Source: a virus (taxonomy: Duplodnaviria; Heunggongvirae; Uroviricota; Caudoviricetes). From it: 64,000 nucleotides of DNA. Under the pieces are notes generated by a model that was given only the letters and a program-made list of their open reading frames with translations, did no database searches and was not told where the DNA came from. The DNA lies in IMG/VR virus record IMGVR_UViG_3300020451_002055; one strand, 5' to 3'. Each line of letters begins with the position of its first letter. Position 1 is the first letter of the stretch. Made by a program: the position numbers and the translations under genes. Below, in pieces: positions 59,001 through 64,000 of this stretch.

Positions 59001-62000
59001 AGAATATCAGAAGCATTTAGAGCAACCTGAGCGAACTCAGCCTCCTTGAGCGATTCCTTGAAGAAAATAACGCTGTCATTCTCGTAATCGCCAGCTTCAA
59101 TGCTTGTCCCGAAAGGAGGAGTGACGGATACCGCGTCCTCAAACGAGGCAACATCTGCTTCATTGACTTCAACGCTCTCGTAAACAACATCTACATAGTA
59201 GATGCGGTCGTCAAGACCATCGTCATCAGAAACAGTGTAAGACACAGAGATCGTCTCTCCTATGGGAACGAAAATTCCGTCAGCGTTCATCTGAGCGCCA
59301 TTGACCTTCCATCCTAGAATGCTCTCTCTTGAATCAATAGATTCAGCCAGCATAGTCTTATCTCTGTCAGAATAGAAGTTCAATACGAAGTAGAACGTGC
59401 CTGAGCTTTCTGCCTCAAAGCTGAACTCAACTCCGCATGTTAAGGCATCAGGAACAGAATCAAGATATGGATCATATGGATCAAGGTCTTCTTCTCTCTG
59501 ATATCTAAACTCATTTGCCTCATCAATACGGCACTGATTGATGTACATAGGGTCTTCTATGCTGTTCAAAGCAGCGTATATCTGATGATATCTACCTCTG
59601 CGGTTATCATGCCATGCAACAACCCTGCGCCCCTTCTTGTCAACTCCAATAGAAGGCTCAAGGCTATTGCCCGTTGAGTTTGTTATTCTAGTTTCAAACC
59701 TAAAGGGAGTTGATCTATTTCGCATACCAGCATAGTAGATTTCCCAGTATTCATCTCTGTTCGACTGCCATACAATATGGGCCTTACCCATGGTATCAAC
59801 AGCCAAATCAGGATTGCGATTCTGGTTCTCGGTAGATAGCGTTATAGGGAGTCTAGTTATATCCCCGAAGGTAGAAAGCTGGAAGTTGATTGCATATTCA
59901 TCAGAAGAGACAAGTATCTCATCATTAGCATTCTGAGAAACGAGTTCATTCGGTATCCTAGATACCTGATACACTCGAACTGCATCGATAATGGGAGCGA
60001 AATCCTTGAACGGAGACTGACTATCGGATACGTTTTGGAATCGTATCGTAGTCGATGTGGACGACGCAGTAAACTTGACGACATATGTAGTCCAGTTAGG
60101 CTCGGTCTCCCCAACTCGAATCGTTGTTTCGAAAGTCTCATCTGCTGCGGCTGCAGTTACTCGAACCTTTCGAGTAACATCAACGCCCAAAGTCTGGGAA
60201 GCGTCAGGATTGCTCGACAAAACGAAAGATATGGAATACTCTTCTCCTACCTCAGTTGCCAACGTCTGCTCTATAAAACCGAGATTGGAGTCATCAACGC
60301 CTGTCAGTCCGACCGAATAATCTCCGATGAAGGAGACAGATCCAGCCGGAGCATAACCTACGCCGATCTCGTTTCCGATAACCCAAGGGGAAATAGACTC
60401 ATCGCCCGGCACCAGACTGACAGAGGCCTGAACCGGTAGCGTATTCGACTCAAAGTCTCCGTTGAGGAGAATATCATTGATCGTTTCAGGAACAACCATT
60501 TGAGCAGTCGTTCTATCATGAGCGGAAAGATTGATATATGCTGTGTTCGCCTGAATAGAATGAGGCCCGATAGCAGCATTCTCATACTTGAGAAGAAGCG
60601 GTCTATCATCATACTCATTACCGTTAAAGGGCAACTGCTCTTGAGTCAAGAAGACATTGTTGTCCGGCCAGCCTAGACCTATATCAAATGCTCTATACTG
60701 ATCTGAAAAGTCAGCAATGAAGTTCTCGCCGAGTTTTATCTCATTGTCAACCGTAACTATGATATCGCCATGGAACCTGGAGTTTTGTTCCGAAGCATAA
60801 GGGTTGATAGCGAGTCGCCCATCAATGTAGTCTTGGTTTGCCTTACTGTAATGAATGGCAACCTTGATGTTCTTGGCTTCCTCAAAATCGATTGGATCGC
60901 CGAACTGTCTGAGCAAATGATACTTCTTGTTCGCAGCATCACCGGTTGATTCATCTTCAGATGTAGCCAAGACTAGAGCAAACTTATAGCGACCAGTATA
61001 TACTACTTCCTCAATCTCTCGGATGTAGGTGTCAGCGCTTCCTGTAGTAAGCTCGTTCCTCTCCAAATATCCGAATAGCGGGTCTACATTCAAGGCCTTG
61101 AATCGAATTTTTTCTGGCATCAAGGCAATCATGAAGTGATTGAGGTTGCGACCAGAGTTGGCTACAACAGCATCGATATCTTCGGCTGATACAAACTCTG
61201 CAGCTTCGGTATGAGTTACATGGCGAGCATCGGTTCCTCCAGATTCAGAAGAGCCGCTGAAGTCGCCGAACTTGTAAGCTCCCACAACTGGAATGATCTT
61301 GTCGTAGAAGGCATCGTACCTGTCAAGCGTAAAGACATTGAGATTCTTGACATATGTATCATTGACCGACTTAGAGAACTGACTCTTGAAGTCTCGGAAA
61401 CGCTTGTCAATGTCTGCCTCGTCCAGTCGAGGATAAGCCGTATCATTGAGCGAGGTTACAGATAGATCGAATGAGACCTGATAGCTTAGCTGAGAAAACA
61501 GCCCATCGAACTCAACATCGCTCTGATCCTTGTCAAGACGATAGACAGCCATAGCCGCCCCATCTGCAGGAGAACCCTCGATGCCGACTGTGCTTGAGCC
61601 GCTAAGAGAGCAACCGGCTGTTCCGGCCAAGAACCTCGTCCATCCGGTCTGCAAAGCGGTAGGCTGAGTGAACCGGACAAGAGAACTGGCGAAGTCGTCT
61701 CGCAACTGCTGCTTCTCAAGAGCGGATACAAAAACCTGATTCGAAACGATCTTCGATCCGGGACCAAGGATACTGTAGTATATCTGCGTGGGACCGCCGT
61801 TGCGGTCTGACTCCCATACAAGATGCAGATTGCCCATGCTATCGCATTCTGCTCTTGCGTTTTTGTTCTCTCCCTCGAAGGTGATCTGCTTCCATTCGAG
61901 ATCGCTATCGACGTTTCCAAGCGAGAAACCAAAGTAGAATAGCTGGTAAACTCCGTTTACCGGAGCCTGACAGATAGCGTAACAATAGGAAGAACCATTA

Positions 62001-63703
62001 GTCCTGTCCGGAACCGCTGCTATAGTCGGATTGACAGCAGGAAGCTCTCTCTGGAATGGGTCTTTGATATATGGCAAAGGATTGACGTTCGACAACCCCT
62101 CATCAGAGGGAGAACTGCTTGATACGATAACGAACTCTTGGCAGTAGAGCGTCTCTGCTACTCTTGGTCCAATCCCATTGTTGACGCCTTCAGGAACCTC
62201 AATACGCAGAATAGAAGGGACCGTCCTACCGACAACGCCGTAGGTCTGCGATCCAAGTTGAGGGCTCAAGAAAACAATGGTCGAACCGGCGTCATCGAGA
62301 GCGGCATCATTAGAGACAAGTATCTCTAGCGTCTTGTTACTGTTTAGTTGAACGCTTGCGACCGCATTTCCTGTTGAGTTAGAACGAATCGAGAAGCGAT
62401 TCTCTGAAAAGACATCAATACGGTTGCCCGTAGTGAATACTTCGATGTCATTGTCAACAAGAAGCTCAGATTCCCTTATTCGCGAAACAAGAGTCGAAAT
62501 GATCGACCCCGAATCGACGCCATGCTCATAACGTATCTCAGTAAACTCGCCCGTAGAGAGGCGGAAAATGAGACCGACAAAACCTTCGGAACCATCTTCT
62601 TCTAGCGTGAAGCTATGGTAAAACTGAGGAGGCTCAAGAATGGTGCCCGTGCGGACCGGGTTGCCATCAAACTTGAGGGTAGATGGGGCATGGGCAACAT
62701 AGATACGACTCGCCAGAGTCGGAACCGTCGTCAGATCCGCATCGACAGACGGATCAAAGGCTGAAGAAAAAGCGACAAGACCCGTTCCATTGGGAAGCAG
62801 AGTCGAGTCAAGGCTGTTGAATATTCGACAGATACCATCCTCAGTAACGGGAGCGACTGAGGCTTCGGTAATGGGTCCGCAGAAGCCAATGCGAGAGTTG
62901 ACGTAGCCGGACTCGCTATCGAAGATAGTAGGCTCTCCAACGACGGCTCCATCGAAGCAGAAATCATCGAGGGTGCGGAGTCTAAGGCCTGGCGGCGGAT
63001 CTGGATCGAGGATGGCGCATTCAGGAGCATCCGGCTCGTTGGTCGCCTGCAGAACTCTCATAGTCTCCGGAACATAGTGAACGCTCGTTCCGGCTTCATA
63101 TATCTGCTTAAAGCCGTCATCGTTCTTAGAGAACGTGATAGGGAACTTGTTCATCGATCCCGCGGAAAAAGGAGAACCGGACATCAGGTCGATGCCTCGG
63201 ATATGCATCGTCCCGTAGCCCTTGCTGTTCGATCGGACGATGAAGCCCCTACCGTTGATCCAAACCTTGATACGGCTGTTCGGATCGGTCTCGACCTCGA
63301 TGACGGCCTGATCCTCCGGTCCTACGAACGGCGGAGAAACAACAACCTTGTCGCCGGAGGACGACGATCTTTCCGGTAGCTGAATTTGGAATGCGAATGC
63401 GGCAATGTCCCGAAGAGACCATGAATCGCCGTTTTGCTGCTCGATGTTTGCATAGATAGAGACAACCTCGGTCTCTGAGTCTTCAGAGATGTTGAGATCG
63501 ATGGTTCCCGATATCTCATCGGTACCCGGCTTGATCGTTACATGCTGCGATGAGCCATCAACCTTGCAATCAAGGTTGTGCGTGATGTTCTCGAAGCTAA
63601 CTCGCTGCAACTGATCTGACAAAAGGCCAGTCAGCTTGAAACTGATAGCCCTGGTATCTGATAGCTTAGCGCTTGCTGGTTGTAGTTTAAGGGTTGCTGA
63701 CAC
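56012..63703 (-). CDS. giant multidomain putative virion protein (propeller segments, DUF642/choice-of-anchor-C-like and laminin IV domains)
   Basis: GTG start overlapping the upstream GT4; GNLHLVWES/AHIVWQSNRD repeats; LLNGDFE...FTASSTSTTIRF..IIDAVRV; WFVAPPKFSGD....YGGKL. Confidence 0.82.
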   Translation of the reverse strand: MSATLKLQPASAKLSDTRAISFKLTGLLSDQLQRVSFENITHNLDCKVDGSSQHVTIKPGTDEISGTIDLNISEDSETEVVSIYANIEQQNGDSWSLRDIAAFAFQIQLPERSSSSGDKVVVSPPFVGPEDQAVIEVETDPNSRIKVWINGRGFIVRSNSKGYGTMHIRGIDLMSGSPFSAGSMNKFPITFSKNDDGFKQIYEAGTSVHYVPETMRVLQATNEPDAPECAILDPDPPPGLRLRTLDDFCFDGAVVGEPTIFDSESGYVNSRIGFCGPITEASVAPVTEDGICRIFNSLDSTLLPNGTGLVAFSSAFDPSVDADLTTVPTLASRIYVAHAPSTLKFDGNPVRTGTILEPPQFYHSFTLEEDGSEGFVGLIFRLSTGEFTEIRYEHGVDSGSIISTLVSRIRESELLVDNDIEVFTTGNRIDVFSENRFSIRSNSTGNAVASVQLNSNKTLEILVSNDAALDDAGSTIVFLSPQLGSQTYGVVGRTVPSILRIEVPEGVNNGIGPRVAETLYCQEFVIVSSSSPSDEGLSNVNPLPYIKDPFQRELPAVNPTIAAVPDRTNGSSYCYAICQAPVNGVYQLFYFGFSLGNVDSDLEWKQITFEGENKNARAECDSMGNLHLVWESDRNGGPTQIYYSILGPGSKIVSNQVFVSALEKQQLRDDFASSLVRFTQPTALQTGWTRFLAGTAGCSLSGSSTVGIEGSPADGAAMAVYRLDKDQSDVEFDGLFSQLSYQVSFDLSVTSLNDTAYPRLDEADIDKRFRDFKSQFSKSVNDTYVKNLNVFTLDRYDAFYDKIIPVVGAYKFGDFSGSSESGGTDARHVTHTEAAEFVSAEDIDAVVANSGRNLNHFMIALMPEKIRFKALNVDPLFGYLERNELTTGSADTYIREIEEVVYTGRYKFALVLATSEDESTGDAANKKYHLLRQFGDPIDFEEAKNIKVAIHYSKANQDYIDGRLAINPYASEQNSRFHGDIIVTVDNEIKLGENFIADFSDQYRAFDIGLGWPDNNVFLTQEQLPFNGNEYDDRPLLLKYENAAIGPHSIQANTAYINLSAHDRTTAQMVVPETINDILLNGDFESNTLPVQASVSLVPGDESISPWVIGNEIGVGYAPAGSVSFIGDYSVGLTGVDDSNLGFIEQTLATEVGEEYSISFVLSSNPDASQTLGVDVTRKVRVTAAAADETFETTIRVGETEPNWTTYVVKFTASSTSTTIRFQNVSDSQSPFKDFAPIIDAVRVYQVSRIPNELVSQNANDEILVSSDEYAINFQLSTFGDITRLPITLSTENQNRNPDLAVDTMGKAHIVWQSNRDEYWEIYYAGMRNRSTPFRFETRITNSTGNSLEPSIGVDKKGRRVVAWHDNRRGRYHQIYAALNSIEDPMYINQCRIDEANEFRYQREEDLDPYDPYLDSVPDALTCGVEFSFEAESSGTFYFVLNFYSDRDKTMLAESIDSRESILGWKVNGAQMNADGIFVPIGETISVSYTVSDDDGLDDRIYYVDVVYESVEVNEADVASFEDAVSVTPPFGTSIEAGDYENDSVIFFKESLKEAEFAQVALNASDILDTIGQSESTPDFAIGGSGILQGFEEGEIVASYYLQYDPTTSGGTGDFSITFEGPILAIYAGNSSLSETNPTLGRDDITYATDASTGGLDSETDVLRISADRRTISGTMAVSGNLIDSIRVVVAPLAEVSGSSDFVYHCPFEQSPRCAIETDYFNNNDLTQNDLHFRISFFADSDMESTIYSAFTLFDTDGWVFGPNGFPADGVDVTENDTITIGFDPEVLPFEKFEDQGAQDNRRSISSFFTFGADDWQVEDASGTVQATWENDNGNGALSYVDSLPSDAWFVAPPKFSGDLEGHYGGKLEISMRLDVGYSPSAGSQNLIVDLEANGGATLRYTASSRPDRNSSYTQFSLPLQAGTSNWTYEPAGGGGFSAATETDFRTVLGDLETIRIAADFYSEADKSYLSSVAVLPADANANPVFKKPLLCGVNYYYKIERFYEGAFTTIREGSFLCPCSQTDADIWREDKDSMSWLCSGQGFDDYRITQTDREAINARVDAARNDLFYISWQDYRFTRMQSDQPALSPDYFFGVYNAAEDKFYSSAQGSYDRRMTYFAESADADQPDLTNLVLHDATVFIDPFQNINTAFHDGTKVYHQGCSIGCAYEAFNPDLIVPCMFTDGTDETFYYVTAGPERDIEQYQKMRVRDEYVVYSTYLDIDSPIPVVNDCFIELDIIGVPGTYAYRLKNEEDDDFTEWLPIGPNLPEQRTDTDGTAAERDFFRGYFISKDRFIAPWIASEGNGTKRVCCEILTYFGKTEQFCIEFQAIYKQLRYKIDFFYDEAFENPVASYNSYPVLGNKETATRITDENLQSISEEVAEEDQNTIYLRVTFDDPERLELLERVRSLDRYSSLSGLTFSVYQQGLNDQLNLPLTKQSDGIYSGSFIVEEDDTVVNVDGLAVILISVPGQCNPISVADQNERLLRLLSPQNLDQSISILNNLDLFIENYSEDDVRGSFGNPAYYKKNRFGVDNRGKEDIGETGGNSQWAGGGDGPLETPPEE

Positions 63704-63998
63704 CGTAGACCTGCTCCATCATTTTGTCGAAGTATGAGACAATCTGGTTGTAACCGAAACTGTTCTGAACGAGACTGCAGCCTCTCTCCGATTTGGCCTT
63801 TGCCGTATCATAATCATCGACCACTGACCTCATTGCCTTTGCTATATCCTCAACTCTTAGTCGAGGCCATTTCTGAGCGGCGAACTGCGGGATATCATCC
63901 ATCATGTCATGAAAGAGGAATCCGTCAGGTTCTATGAGCGTGCAAGTATCATTGCTTGCATACTCGGTGCAGCCCGAAAAGTTAGTAACGATGACAGG
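63687..63998 (-). CDS. glycosyltransferase family 4, C-terminal part (5' end outside the window)
   Basis: Frame is open to the window end: PVIVTNFSGCTEY...W....VEDIAKAMRSVVDDY..AKAK..RG...V..F, the typical GT4 C-terminus. Confidence 0.75.
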   Translation of the reverse strand, partial: PVIVTNFSGCTEYASNDTCTLIEPDGFLFHDMMDDIPQFAAQKWPRLRVEDIAKAMRSVVDDYDTAKAKSERGCSLVQNSFGYNQIVSYFDKMMEQVYGVSNP

Positions 63999-64000
63999 GA

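Noticed and set aside
22902-63703. Cellular secreted adhesin/S-layer operon
   Set aside because: No signal peptides, sorting signals or secretion genes are evident, and the flanking genes are phage-like; no capsid or terminase gene is in the window, so phage origin remains an inference
1-64000. Stop-codon reassignment (seen in some large phages)
   Set aside because: TAA, TGA and TAG (e.g. 6672, 17546) all end genes, and ORFs up to 9.7 kb are open under code 11
1-64000. tRNA, rRNA, CRISPR array or large ncRNA
   Set aside because: No intergenic gap exceeds ~52 nt and no spaced direct repeats were seen

Overview
A gene-dense 64-kb segment with essentially every real gene on the minus strand (standard code 11, short gaps, many stop/start overlaps). 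It is best explained as part of a very large tailed-phage (jumbo/huge phage) genome. In the direction of transcription (high to low coordinates) it contains: (i) the 3' end of a GT4 glycosyltransferase; (ii) a ~41-kb run of eight acidic, signal-peptide-less, adhesin/virion-like proteins (377-3231 aa) built from FN3/Ig, LamG, beta-propeller/Kelch, vWA, laminin-IV, DUF642 and GH56-like domains, often nested inside one another; (iii) three more glycosyltransferases (GT2-GT4-GT2) and a Myb-HTH/metallophosphoesterase; (iv) a replication/host-takeover block: SF2 helicase, adenine MTase, translation initiation factor IF-3, an intein-containing Ycf46-like AAA ATPase, DnaC-like loader, DnaB helicase, a stand-alone primase zinc finger and three tandem DNA MTases; (v) small hypotheticals and a DnaE (Pol III alpha) split into two genes through its active site with no intein. 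The most notable observations are a recurring Asp-Pro-Tyr (DPY, often DPYDPY) motif found only in the giant proteins that glycosyltransferases bracket (a candidate virion Tyr-glycosylation system), the intein-free split DnaE with a degenerate internal duplication, and a vWA domain interrupted by ~2000 aa. All domain calls are by-eye motif recognition; no database searches were run.
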